Notes under the pieces: model-generated | Database searches by the model: none | The model's input: only the letters and a program-made list of their open reading frames with translations | What the model was told of the DNA's origin: nothing | Made by a program: the position numbers and the translations under genes | Part shown: piece by piece, positions 35,771 through 48,675 of the stretch | How the letters are laid out: every line of letters begins with the position of its first letter | Position numbering within the stretch: the stretch's first letter is position 1 | Assembly: GCF_963921235.1 (NCBI RefSeq) | Contig: NC_086097.1 | Span: 132,558,001-132,622,000, forward strand | Direction: 5' to 3' | Length of the DNA stretch: 64,000 nt | Origin: Mobula hypostoma | Taxonomy: Eukaryota

Positions 35771-38351
35771 TTCTGTGCTGCCCTGAATTCATTTATTGGC
35801 TAGTATGAACAAATGGTCCATGAAGGGTCATTCTTTGCTGTAAGTTTCCATGATTATATACAGCTCCAAGGGAGGCAAATTCGAGAGGCAGCCATAGAAA
35901 TGCTTTGTGTTACCAGCTTGTAGATGTTGCTCAGCTTAAGAGTTGCAAGCAAAGACGACCTTAAAACCTGGCCAACTTGTAGTTAAATTCTTACCTTTTG
36001 AAACATTTATTTTTATGATAGAACTAAGCCTTTGCTTGTGCTAACACATCCCGATATCTTGAAGCTTTCAAAGGTTTCAGACACACCGCTGGCCCTACAC
36101 TTAAACACAGGAACGGACGTGACTGGCAAGTCACTTTCACAAATGTTTCTCTTGAAGACGTTACATGTGAATTGAAGCAAAGCAAAATTCACTGAGGTTA
36201 AAAATTGAGGTGAAATATGTCTTTCCACAAGAAGATTAAAAATGGATAGCTTGCTTGATGTGGAGGAGGGTGAAAGGAAATATGAAAAAAGCAACTTGGG
36301 ATAACAAGCGAGTGAGATATGCTTTCTCTCAGTGCTGCTCTTTAGTCGTAATAGGATAACCCTTTAACAAGCTGGTGGCCTATCAAGCTGCCCCTCAGAA
36401 ATGACCCCAGGGTGAAACAGGGAAGTCATCTCTGCTTAAAGCAATTCCGTCTCAGTTGCCAGCCAATAATGAAGTGACCTAGAATAATAAAAAACCCTTT
36501 TCAGCCATGTGATGATTTTTGTCTAGGATAAGAGTGGGAATCCTGATTCGGAGTCACAGTTCATTTCATTTTTCACTCCTGATGAGATCTGAAGTCGTTA
36601 TCTGATAAAATTGAACAACTATTACTAGGCTTTGCTGAGTAAAGCCCTCTTGACTGTTCTTAACAGAAATCCTATACACTGCAGTTTGTCAGTAGTTTTG
36701 AATTCATCGTCGCAGTGCGATGATAGGAATAATCTTACCAACCAAGATTGGCAGTTCATTTCAAAAATCAATATTTACAATTTACTTCTTTCAAAGTTCA
36801 TTCAAGAGAAGATTCCATATTATCCCTCTCCAAATAAGCTGATCATATCTGCAGTGTCCCTTGGAATGAGTTTTCCCAAAATGTGAATTTTTGGTAAAAA
36901 TCAATGTCAGCATTGTGCGCTTTAATCTTGCCTCTGATGACAGTAAATCTTTATCTTTTTATAGGTAAAAGCCAGTGGCTGCTGACACCATTTCCTCTCA
37001 GAACAAAGCCTAGTCCATGTGGGCTCTGGTAGATACATGGAACCCTAATGTAGCTGGACATGTTTCACTGGGGTCATTAATCAGATGCACTGACAGCCAC
37101 TTTCCAACAGCTCACTGGTCTGCAGTATACTTCATCCAAAAATAAAATAAAGGCAATGCATCTGATGCGATTGTATTTTAAACCTTTCTAATTATTTACA
37201 CTATAAAAGCATGTTTGAATTTTCCTTTGCTAGTGCAATAATAATCAATATTCACAAACTAAAGCTTAAGCTGTGCCCTGCCCTTCCTTTTGAAAGGAAA
37301 ACCAAGCTAATATGCTTTCAAAACCTCCTGACTTTACATAGAATATCTCTATTCAGAGGTAGATTCCTGTGCTACGGTGGCAGGGGTAAGACATTTACCT
37401 GTAAAACCATGGTTCATATTGAAGCGTCCCAGTACCAATGTACTTGCGTTAAAGCAGCATGTTTTGAGTTGAAAGTCCCAAGAATTATAAACATCACCTG
37501 AGCCAAATACAGTAAGCAATAACAATCAGTTAAACGGACATTATTCTTGGAAGATAAAGAAAAATAATACAGGACATAAAAATTATGAGTTATCAACAAT
37601 CCTCCATGCCTACTAAAATTTGACATTAAATTTTAGACTACCCAGTTTCCAAGCATTTTGGTTTGACATAATATCTTTTTAAATTTCTCAAAAAAAATAT
37701 ACAGAAACTATTTACCTTTGTGCACCTTTTATGGCCAATTCACAACCAATAAAAAACAGGGACTGGAAACGTCCTGCAATTGGCATGTTGCTTTAAAAAG
37801 GACTCCCCTTCACCCTTGGAGACCTCAATTTGAACCTTGCACACTCACTCACACACAAAAAAGATTTCACGATCGCTGCCTGCTATTTAGGGTCAAGAAC
37901 TGTGCTGAATTTGCCTTAATCACCTGTGTCTGAAGCACAAACCTTCACTTCCTGCTGTTTATATTTGAAGTGTTTTTATTGTATGTCCTTTTGTAACCAT
38001 CAGCATGAAGCTGTCAACACACAAAGGAATGAATGTTGTTTTTTCACCTTTTTCAAAAGCATGATGCATTTTGAGATGACATCGATTCACCAAGTGTCGG
38101 CGGCGTATCAGTGCTTGCTGTGCCTGTAGTAAGGGTACAATTATTAATCAAATAAACACGCACAGTTCTTAAAAGCAACATTGGAAAAATCATGTAACTG
38201 TTGTACACTCTGTGACAGGCTGAGTTGCTGCAAGGGGAAACTGAAAAGCCAAGGGAAAAAAGCAACTAGAAATTAACTGCTGTGTTAAGATGAGTTTCAC
38301 AACATTTAAGAAAGCCATGTTGTCAATGAGGGAACCACCAACCACCTCCAA

Positions 38352-38545
38352 GCATAGGGAGAGAGCTCCAAAAGCGTCTTTCGGATGAGACATTATCCTA
38401 AAGCACCACTTGTCTTCTCAGGTGAATATATATCATGGCATGATTTCACAAAGATCTGTGTGGAACGTTATGGTCCATTCTAGTGTCCTGTCCCTTATTT
38501 ATCCTTTCATCATTAAGGCAGATTTTCTCCTTATCATCATGAAAC
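38352..38545 (+). mobile_element. Deu-domain SINE (SacSINE1/AmnSINE1-like) relic
   Basis: GTCTTTCGGATGAGACATTA...TCTCAGGTG...CATGGCA...GTGTCCTG...TATTTATCC matches the recalled Deu core. Confidence 0.65.
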
Positions 38546-38583
38546 TTAAATGCTTTGGAATTAAGCTGAGGGAACATGGCTAA

Positions 38584-38792
38584 AGCTGGCCAGTGGTGTA
38601 GTTGAATCAGCACCGGACTTCAAGGCAAATGGTCCTGGGTTCGAGTCCGGCTGACTCCCTGCACGCTTTCCATCTGTGTTGGGTTGAGCGTCGAGCTAGC
38701 AACTCGGCATCATAAATAACAGACAAATGCTAAGCAAATGGGAACAAAATGCCCCCCAGTGCACCACAAGGCATGAAATACAACAACATAAC
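38584..38792 (+). mobile_element. tRNA-headed SINE with RTE-derived body and (CAA)n tail
   Basis: A-box TGGTGTAGTTG, B-box GGTTCGAGTCC, motif GGGTTGAGCGTCGAGCTAGCAACTCGGC and ACAACAAC end. Confidence 0.7.
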
Positions 38793-38829
38793 TATAACAG
38801 TTGACCATGAAGACCCGTTGAAGGAAGTG

Positions 38830-39285
38830 GAAAGCATGTTGACAGGATCTGCGGGCCAGAGTTCAGGATGAGGCTGAGCAAGCTAAGAGTTTATTCCTTA
38901 CAGGCTTGGAGAGTGAGATGTGACCTTATAGAGGTTTATAAAATCCTGACTGGTATAGATGGAGGGAATGTCCATTACCTTTTTTACCCCAGGGAGAGGG
39001 AATCAAAAGCTAGTGGGCATAGGTTCAAAGTGTAAGGGCAAATATCTTATGGGGACCTGAGGGGCAATTTTTCACCCAGAGGACAGTCTGTATATGCAAT
39101 GAGCTGCCAGATGAAGTGGTTGAGGCAGGTACAATAATGACATTTAAAAGACATATGGATAGGAAAAGTTCAGAGGGGTATGGACCTAATGCAGGCAGAT
39201 GTCTTGAGCATGAATGGATTTCTTGGTCAGTATGATCTGACTAGTCCAAAGGGCCTTTCCTACGCTGTATGATTCTGGCTCTACG
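38830..39285 (+). mobile_element. CR1 3' fragment
   Basis: DLIEVYKIL, GHRFKV and GDLRGNFFTQR remnants. Confidence 0.75.
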
Positions 39286-39661
39286 ATGTTCAAGTGGATG
39301 ATATATAACCCATCTCCACACTTCCTGCTGAAGAAATTCCCATTGAAAGCTTTGATTGGCAATAATCTATCAGATTCAGAATTTAAAGGTGATCAAGCAC
39401 CAATTACCACTGAACTAGAATGGATAGAGCAGTTGGAAGAATTGTTACATCACCTCAGTTTTTCTCTCTCCACGAATGCTGCCTGACCTGCTTGGTATTT
39501 CCAGTATTCTCTTTTGTTTTGGATTCCCAACGGGTGCTGTGCATTTCCCTTTTGCTCTCTGTATTCTCCCCAAATGCTGTTAATGAAATGGTACCAAAAG
39601 CAAAATGTAATCTGGAGAACACCGTATCGCTGAATTGCACAGCTCTGATGTGAGACTTTTT

Positions 39662-40690
39662 AAAGGTTCAAAGGTTCATTTTGTGATCAAGGTATACACG
39701 CAGAATACAGCTCTGAGTTTCCTCTTCTCCAGATAGCCATAAAATACAGAAAAACCATGAAAGACAAAGAGAAGACATCAACCGCCCCCACCACACATAA
39801 ATGATAAAGAAACAAAGCTCGCAAACCCAACCCAAGACCCCCAAACCCTCATTCACACGAAAACTAACAGATCGCCCACCCAGAAAGTAGCAGCTAGAAC
39901 ATCGGACCTCTAACTCCCAACCCCCCCACGTAAAAGAAAGCAACGGTAACATCAAACCCTCAGCCCAACCACCTCGCCAACACATGCACACACAAAAACT
40001 AACAGATTAACCGCTCAGAAAAACAGCAGACCCCAAGTCCCCAACTCATCCCTCGCACAAACACTAACATATCGCCCACCCGGAAAACAGCAACAAGAAA
40101 GAAAACACAGACAGCTGAAGGAGACCAGATAAACTACAGTCCACACCAATCATCATATGTCTCAGTATTTTGAAAACATCCTCCATCAGCATCAAGGAGA
40201 GCGATAGCTTGAATTCAGTCCTTCCATGGGGAGCAACTGCCAAACCTGCAGCCTCCATCTGCTGACCCGTGGCCTCCCAATCACTGGCCTGACGTGGTCT
40301 TCGTAGAGAGCGTCCACTGACCCAGCCTCCTCTGCATTCACTCATTCACCTCCACCTTCCTCAATTCACCCGCATTCATTTCCACCTTCCTCAATGCTTT
40401 GATCAGCGAGAAACGGAGTCGATCGTAGCCCTGCGTTCCATCTCTGGTCTTCTGCCTGAGGCAGCTCTTGCTTGTGGACCTCTCCTAGAATTTTCTTGGG
40501 GACAACAAAACACTGTATCACTCGATCAAACTCCAAACAGTACGTCACAGGCTCCAACAGTTTCTGAAACACAATTAAGATAAAAAGAGTAAGTAGAAGG
40601 TGTAGAAGAAGTAAAATATTTGAAATAAATGACTATTTGGAAGATGTCACCTGAGAAATCATTGTTCACTTGCATCATCTTGACCAGAAG
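39662..40690 (-). mobile_element. Probable non-autonomous LINE derivative (non-coding, internal repeats)
   Basis: (TTTGAACC)n tail on the minus strand; AAGATGRYG-like 5' start; three AACTAACAGATCGCCC-type repeats (~39862, 39997, 40063). Confidence 0.5.
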
Positions 40691-40699
40691 GAACCTTCT

Positions 40700-41430
40700 A
40701 CCCATTGTGTCCATACTGACCTTTACTGCCCATCCTCAATAATTCTATTGTCTATATTAAGACTGTATCCTTTATGCCCTGCCAATTAAGGTGTTTAACT
40801 AAGTGTCTCTTCAACATAGTGACAGTATCTGATTCACCATTGTTTCTGGTAGTCAACTCCAGATATCAATGACTCTTTGTGTAAAAAAATCTACCCCTTC
40901 GATCCATTTTTAAACTCCTTCCTCTCACCTTAAACCAATGTCCGATTAATTTGAAATCTTTACCATAGGGAAAATATTTTGACTATCTACTCAACCAGTT
41001 ACTTGTTTTTACCCTCTTCTCTTCGTAGTAGCTTTCTTCCCACTTCATTTCAGATCTGATGTGTGATTTCAAGTTCAAATATTGTTAGTTACTTCTTCAC
41101 CCCCAAAGATGCAGTCAACATGTTGAGTTGCATCAGCAGGTTGTTTGTTACCCTATCCATGCCTCTCAATACCTTATATACTTATTTCAGGTCATCCATT
41201 AGCCTCTTTTGCTTCAGGGAAAAGTTTAGCCCATCCAGTCTCTCCCAATAATGAAAATCTTCTAACCCAGGCAACATCCTGGTGAATCTTATCTACTCTT
41301 TCCAATACAATCACATTCTTTCCATTATTTGATGATTTGAACTCCAAGTGTGGCCGAAACATTACTTTTGAATATTGCATCATAATTTACCAGCTCCTTT
41401 ATTCTGTCCTCTGAGCACTGAAGGCAAGCA
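40700..41430 (-). mobile_element. Decayed CR1 3' part
   Basis: RPHLE..VLERV remnants and CR1 3' UTR on the minus strand. Confidence 0.65.
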
Positions 41431-41436
41431 TACAAT

Positions 41437-41905
41437 TTACACAAGAAATTCTGCAGATGCTGGAAATCCAGAGCAACACACACAAAACGTTGGAGAAAAT
41501 CAATGGGTTAGGAGGCATCCATGGAAATGAAGAAACAGGACTGGAAAGGGAGGGGGGAGATGTCAGAATAAAAAGGTGGGGGGATGAGAAGGAGGATAGC
41601 TAAAAAGTGAAGCCAGGTGTGTAGGAAAGGTAGAGGACTAGAGAAGAAGGAATCTGATAGGAGAGGAGAAAGAGAAGGAAGAGGGGACCCAAGGGGACAT
41701 GATAGGCAGCTGAGAAGAGGTAAGAGGCCAAAGTAGGGATTAGAAGAAGAGGGGAGGGGAAGGAATTTTTTTACTGGAAGGAGAAATCGATATTCATGCC
41801 ATCAGGTTGGAGGCTACCCAGACGGAATATAAAATGTTGCGCCTCCACCCTGAGGGTGGCACAAGAGGGGGCCATAGACCAACATGTCGGAACAGGAATG
41901 GGGAA
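41437..41905 (-). mobile_element. Older Penelope-like 3' fragment
   Basis: FRLGSLQPDGMNIDFS C-terminus plus terminal module. Confidence 0.75.
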
Positions 41906-42561
41906 ACTTCATCACCCTATTGGCCTGTGCTGCTACTTTCAGAAGACAATGGGCTTGATGATGAGGCTTCTGTGTCATCAACATTCTTTAATACCCTACC
42001 ATTTACTATATATGTCTTTCCACCATTTCTTACACCAAGGCCTTGCACTTGCATAGTCTTTTTTTTCACTGCATGGTATAATTTTATGTATAATTTATGT
42101 TCAGTGTGTTCCTTGCACTAACGTGCCTGTGATGTTGCTGCAAGCAAATTTTTCATTGTACCTGCACATCTCTGTACTTGCGAGCATGACAATAGCACCA
42201 TAAGACCATAAGATCTAGGAGCAGAATTACTCCATTTGGCCCATTGAGTCTGCTCCTCCATTTCAACATAGCTGATCTAATTTTCCTCTCAGCCCCAATC
42301 TCCTGCATTCTTCCCATATCCCTTCATATCTAGACCTATCAAGAACCTATCAATCTCTGCCTTAAATACTGTGTACATAAAGATTTGGCCTCCACAGCTG
42401 CATGTGGTAGAGAACCTCTCTGGCTAAGGAAATTCCTCCTCATCTCTGTTCTAAAAGGATGCCCTTCTATTCTGAGGCAGTGTCCTCTGGTCTTAGACTC
42501 TACCAACATAGGAAATATCCTCGTCACATCCGCTCGATCAAGACATTTCTCCATTTAATAG

Positions 42562-45500
42562 CGTAGCATGCTGTAGCAGCAATGTTTGGGTTATGACTGT
42601 AGATAATGGGGTTTGGAATGCGGGGAATATCCAATGAGAGAAATGTTGTTCTTTCTTGTGAGTCTGGAAGGGAAATTTTCACAGTCTTATGCCAGGGAGA
42701 GATGAGGAGAGAAGACACGAATGGAGAGTTGGTAGACTGCCGGACGGAGTGGACTTGGAGTGAGGGTCTGAAGGTTAGCGACAGTCAGAGGAGGTCGATG
42801 GTGGATGAACGGCCTTATCAGTGAGCTCCAACGTTTGTACATTAGACCATTTCATGAGAATGGGCCCTTTCTCTTTTTTTTTGGTTTCCTTTACTAACCA
42901 TATAGTCAAATTAAGAATTAAAAAGCTCAATCATTTAATCGCGTATTGTGTACTGTTTGTTATTTCAGGGTACTGATTTGTAACAGGGAACACATGGCAC
43001 AGCATCCACCCAAACGAGATTTCTTAGGTTTGGCCGGGCCGGGTTCTATCACCCCCTATGTTAAGCCACTAGCCGAAGTGACAGTTACAATTGTGGGGGC
43101 TCATACGGGATGAGGAGTAGGAGAGTGTTCCTGCCCTGGGGGGGAAGGCCATGTGTCAGTTTGCCATCACTGAAGGAGGGGCAGGAGCGAGCGGTGGATC
43201 AATTGGCGGCTTCTGATGGTGCCATCCCTCAAGTTTATTGTAACCTGACTGTTCTGAAGACAAACCAGCTGCCGAAATTGAGTTCTGAGGAAGTGGCTGC
43301 TGCTCAGTGAGATGATCCAGGCATTGGTACCATTTGGGTGGCGGTCAAAAAGGGAGAGATGTCTCAGGTGGAGAGGACGAAACACGCCTTGGTGCCTCCA
43401 TTACTGCGAGAATGGCCTCGGTTGGAGTTGGAGAATCAGACCTAATATTGGATCACATCACCCCCAGACCGACCCCGGCGTTGCCAGCTGCTTCTGCCCG
43501 AGAAGTATCGGAGGATGGCGTTGAAATCACTTCATGATGATTCTGGACATTTGGGGGTGGAAAAGACCTGTGGATTGCTCAGAGACTAGTTTTACTGGCC
43601 CCGAATGAAGTTGGAGGTCGAAGAATACTGCAAGTCGTGCATTTGATGCATACTGCGGAAGACACTGCCTGCGCGGGCAGCTCCCTTGTCCCACTTGCAG
43701 ACTGCGGGGCGTCTAGACCTGGTGTGTATGAATTTCCTGTCAATAGAACTCGATACCAGCAACACAGCGAATGTTTTAGTCATCATGGACCACTGCACCA
43801 GATATGCTTAGGCTTTTCCTACCAAGGACCAGAGGACGTCTACAGTGGCAAAAAAGTGTAACGGGAGAAGTATTTAATTTATTATGGCCTTCCCAGGTGA
43901 ATACATAGTGATCACGGACAGAATTTCGAGAGCAGACCCATCCGCGAGTTACTGGGCATGCTTGGAGTCGAGAAGTCGAGGACCACGCCCTATAACCCAC
44001 ATGCTCAGTACCCTGGAGATCAGCAAGAAAACCAGGTGGAGTCAACATATTGGGCATCTGGTTCACAGTTATAACTGTACACAAAATGAAGCTACTGGAT
44101 ACTCCCATATTATCTGATGTTTGGGCACGCGGCAAGGTTGCCCAGTGATCTTTGTTTTTGGACTGATGAGGGTGACTTACCACCAAAGGCTTATCTGAAG
44201 TATGTGTCTGACATGGGAAGAGAGTTGAAAAGGGCTTATGAATTAGCCGGGGTCGTGGCTGCCAAGCAGAATCAGGGGATTAAGAGGAGGTATAATCAAA
44301 AGGTGAGGTTCTCCCAACTCCTGCCAGGAGAGAGAGTCCTCATCAGGAATTTGGGGCTACCTGGAAAACATAAGTTGGCTGACCACTGGGCAGCTACACC
44401 CTATGTGGCGGAGAGTCAGATGCCAAACCTACCAGTTTTCCGGGTGAAACCAGAGGATGGAAATGGGCCTGTCAAGATTCTCCATTGAAACCACCTGTTG
44501 CCTCTTGGTCAAGAGGTGCAGGTAGACCCAGAGCCTGACTTGGAGCCTACAACTAGTAAGAGGACTCTGCGGAAACATGGGGCGACTACTGGGTCCCCAA
44601 CAGGCGAGGTTAGGCCGGCCCCCACCCCTGAGAGGGATACTGATTTGGAGGATGAGGACCTGGATGTGTGGTATATGCTGCCTTTTGCGAACTCCCCATT
44701 GATTGAGGAAGAGACTCCCGGCCCTCCTCCCATTGTGACAGGTGAAGTGGGAGGGTGCTATCTGCAGGCAGCCTGGGTTGCAGTGGGACTCTGCAGGGCA
44801 GGAAGTGGGGTTTGGCCATGGGATAGAGGGCCTTGAGCTGCAGGTGGGCACGAGTGATAGAACAGGTGAGGCCTTACCAGGTAGACCGAAAGTATCCCCA
44901 GTAGTGTCGGAACCTGAAGAGTTAGATGAGGGGGTGCAGAGGTCTCGGAGAATTAGGACACCACCGGATAGGCTGGCCTACGTAACGCCAGAACAGAGTA
45001 TGACTCCTACCGTGTTGGGGAGCTACGCCACTGCCATTTGTACCTAGATTGGGCTTTGTGTTTTGCAGGAAGGGTTGGCGAATTATCTCACCATCATTAG
45101 GATATGATTAAATTTGGTGGGGGGAGAGTGTAACATGCTGTAATGTTTCACTGCTAATGTGATGCTTTCTCTGTAGCAGCAATATTTGGGTTATGACTAG
45201 AGATCACGGGGTTTGGAATACGGGGGGTATCCAATGAGAGAAATGTTGTTCTCTCTTGTGAGATTTTTGCGGTCTTTTGCTGGGGAGAGATGAGAAGAGA
45301 AGATGCAAATGGACAGAACTGGTAGACCACTGGACGGAGTGGACTTGAAGCGAGGGTCCGAAGATAAGCGACAATCGGAGAAGTTCAATGGTGGACGACC
45401 TGCTTATCAGTGGCTCCAACATTTGCGCATTAGACTGTTTCATGAGAATGGATCCTTTTTCTTTTTTGTTTCTTTACTAACCATATAGCCAAATTAAGAA

Positions 45501-45675
45501 TTATAAAAGTCAATCGTTTAAGCACATATTGTGTACTGTTTGATATTTCGGGGTACAGTACTGATTTGTAACAGGTCACATCGCACAGCATCCACCCAAA
45601 CAAGATTTCTTAAGTTTGGCCGGGCCGGGGACTATCGCTCCCTATATTAAGCCACTAGCTGAAGCGAGAGTTACA
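42562..45675 (+). mobile_element. Internally deleted Ty3/Gypsy LTR element (integrase remnants only)
   Basis: LTRs at 42562-43089 and 45129-45675; 4-bp TSD ATAG/ATCG; PPT before 45129; integrase remnants LHDDSGHLG..FYWPRMK..C..C and HSYNCT..EATGYS. Confidence 0.9.
43094..43111 (+). promoter_or_regulatory. tRNA-Pro primer-binding site
   Basis: TGGGGGCTCATACGGGAT vs canonical PBS-Pro TGGGGGCTCGTCCGGGAT (2 mismatches), 4 nt after the 5' LTR. Confidence 0.85.
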
Positions 45676-47109
45676 ATCGGTTTCAATGACGTCACCCTTC
45701 ATTCTTCTGAATTTTAGTGAATACGGGCCCAGAGCCATCAAATGCTTTTCATATGACAAGCCATTAAATGCTAGAATCATTTTCATGAACCTCCTTTGAA
45801 CCATCTCCAGTTTTAGTAGATCCCTTCTAAGATAAGGGCCAAAACTGCTCACAATACTCCAAGTGAGGCCTCACCAGTGCTTTATGAAGTCTCAACATTA
45901 CATCCTTGCTTTTATATTCTAGTCCTCTTGAAATGAATGCTAACATTGCATTTGCCTAATTCACCACAGATTCAAACTGCAAAGTAACCCTTAAGGAATC
46001 CTGCACAAGGACTACCAAGTCCCTTTGCGCCTCAGTTTTTCATATTTTCTCTCCATCTAGAAAATAGTCAACTCTTTCATGTTTTCTACCAAAGTGTATG
46101 ACCATACACTTCCCAACACTGTATTCCATCTGCCACTTCTTTGCCCGTTCTCCTAATCTGTCTAAGTCCTCTGTAGTCTCTGCTTCCTCAAAACTACCTG
46201 CTCCTGCACCTATCTTCATATCACCTGCAAACTTTGCGTCAATTCCATCATCCAAATCACTGACATATAACGTAAAAAGAATTGATCCCAACACAAACCT
46301 CTGTGCAGCACTGCTAGTCACTGGAAACCAACCAGAAAAGGCTTCCATTATTCCCACTCTTTGTCTCCTGCCAATTAGCCACTGCTTTATCCATGTTAGA
46401 ATCTTTCCTGTAATACCACGGGCTCATATCTTGTTAAGCAGTCTCATGTGTGGCAGCTTGTCAATGGCCTTCTAAAAATCCAAGTACAGAACATCTACCG
46501 ATTTTCCTTTGTCTATCCTGCTTGTTATTTCTTCAAAGAATTCCAACAGATTTGTCAGAAACCACTCAGACTAGAAGAAACCACTCTGTCTACAGACTAT
46601 TGTATCATGTGCCTCCAAGTACCCTGAAACTGCATCCTTAACAATCGACTCCAACATCTTCCCAACCACTGAGGTCAGACTAACTGGCCTACAATTTCCA
46701 TTCTTCTGCCTCTCTCCCTTCATGAGGAGCGCAGTGACATTTGCAATTTTCCAGTCTTCCGGAACCATTCCAGAATCTAATGATTCTTGAAAGATCATTA
46801 TTAATGCTTCCACAGTCTCTTCAGACAGGTTTTTCAGAATCCTGGGGTGTACACCATTTCGTTCAAATGACTTATCTATCTTCAGACCTTTCAGTTTCCC
46901 AAGAACCTTTTCCTTAGTAATGGTAACTTCATACATTTCATGACCCCTGACTCCTGGAACTTCCCCATACTGCTAGTGTTTTCCACAGTAAAGACTGATG
47001 CAAACTACTCATTCAGTTTGTCCATTATTTCCAATATAATTTTCCAGCAGTCCAATATCCACTCTTACCTCTATTTTACACTTTATGTATCTGAGAAATT
47101 TTTCATATA

Positions 47110-47735
47110 CATGAGGCGGGAGGAGGCAATGGCAGTGCGCCGCACGCGCGCAGCTCTCCGTTGGAAATGATATCATATCCGTTAAATAGGGGCCGTGGAC
47201 AATTCTGATTTGATGGAGACAGACGTGAAAGCACAGAGGAACATCTGGAGAAATTTCTGAAACGCTGGTTCACTGCTGCTGTTACTGCGTGATCGAGAAT
47301 CTTCTGGAGGGAAGGCCTCAAAATCCTTGGCTTTGCCTGCTGCTGGCGAGTGAGATTGAGGTTGAATCATTCGGATAGAGTCGGTACTCGGTGTCGGAGG
47401 GCTGATCGGAGGCTCGAAGTTTTCGGACAACTCAGAGTCGGACTGTGGTCGGGCATCGCAGGGAGAGTTCTTCCTTCTCCTGTCTATGTGAGCTGTGGGA
47501 CTTTCAAGAAACTTTGAACTCTTTTACTGTGCCATGGATTGTTCTTCATCAAGTTATGGTGTTGTTGCACTGTTGTAACTATATGTTATGACTATGTGGT
47601 TTTGTTAGTTTTTTCCGTCTCGGTCTGTCCTGTGTTTTGTGATATCACACCGGAGGAATATTGTATCATTTCTTAATGCATGCATTACTAAATGACAATA
47701 AAAGTGGACTGCATGTCCTCATAATCTAATCTAAT
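47110..47735 (+). mobile_element. Non-autonomous Rex1-like retroposon
   Basis: GC-rich 5' end, no RT, and TGACAATAAA...(AATCT)n tail as in 473-1746; interrupts CR1. Confidence 0.6.
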
Positions 47736-48675
47736 ATCCTCTAACATTATTGGTTAGCTTACTTTTGGATTCCATCTTTACCTTCTGGCTTTTATGTTGG
47801 CTTTGACTTCTCTTGTTAGCCTCGGCTGTGTCAATTTGCCTTTAGAATAAATCTTTCTCCTTGGGATGTATATATCCTGTGCCTTTCAAATCGCTTCCTG
47901 AAGTTTCACCCATTGCTGCTCTGTCATCATCCCTGCTAATGTTCTTTTCTGATCAATTCTGGCTAACTCCTCTCTCATGCCTCTCTAATTTCCCTTTATT
48001 CCACTGTAACACTGACACATCTGATTTTAGTTTCTCCTCAAATTTCAAGGTGAATTTGATGATATTATGATCACTTCCCCTAAAGATTCTTTAACCTTAA
48101 GCTCTCTAATCAATTTCTCTTCATTGCATAACACCCAATCCAGGATACCTTATCTCCTCTTGGGCTCAACCACGAGTGCTCTAAAAAGTCATCTCATAGG
48201 CATTCTAGAAATTCCTTCTCTTGGAATCCAGCACCAACCTGATTTTCTCAATCTACCTGCATATTTAAATCCCCCATGACTATCATAACATTGCCCTTTT
48301 GGCATGCATTTTCTATCTCCCATTGTAATTTGTAGACCACATTCTTACTACTGTTTGGGGGTCCGTATACAACTCCATTCAGGGTCTTGCAGTTCCTTAG
48401 CTCTATCCACAATTATTCAACACATCCTGACCCTATGTCATCTCTTTCTAAAGGTTTCATTTCATTTTTTACCAACAGAGCAACACCGTCTCCTCTGCCT
48501 TCCTCCCTGTCCTTTCAATACAATGTGTATCCTTGAATATTAAGCTCCCAGCTATAATCTTCTTTCAGCCATGATTCAGTGATGCGTAGAACGTAACACA
48601 TGTCAATCTGCAACTGTGCTACAAATTCATCTATTATATTCTATATACTGCACACATTTAAATATAATATCTTCT

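Noticed and set aside
38584..38655. tRNA gene
   Set aside because: It has A/B boxes but no clean cloverleaf and runs into an RTE-like body and tail, so it is a SINE head.
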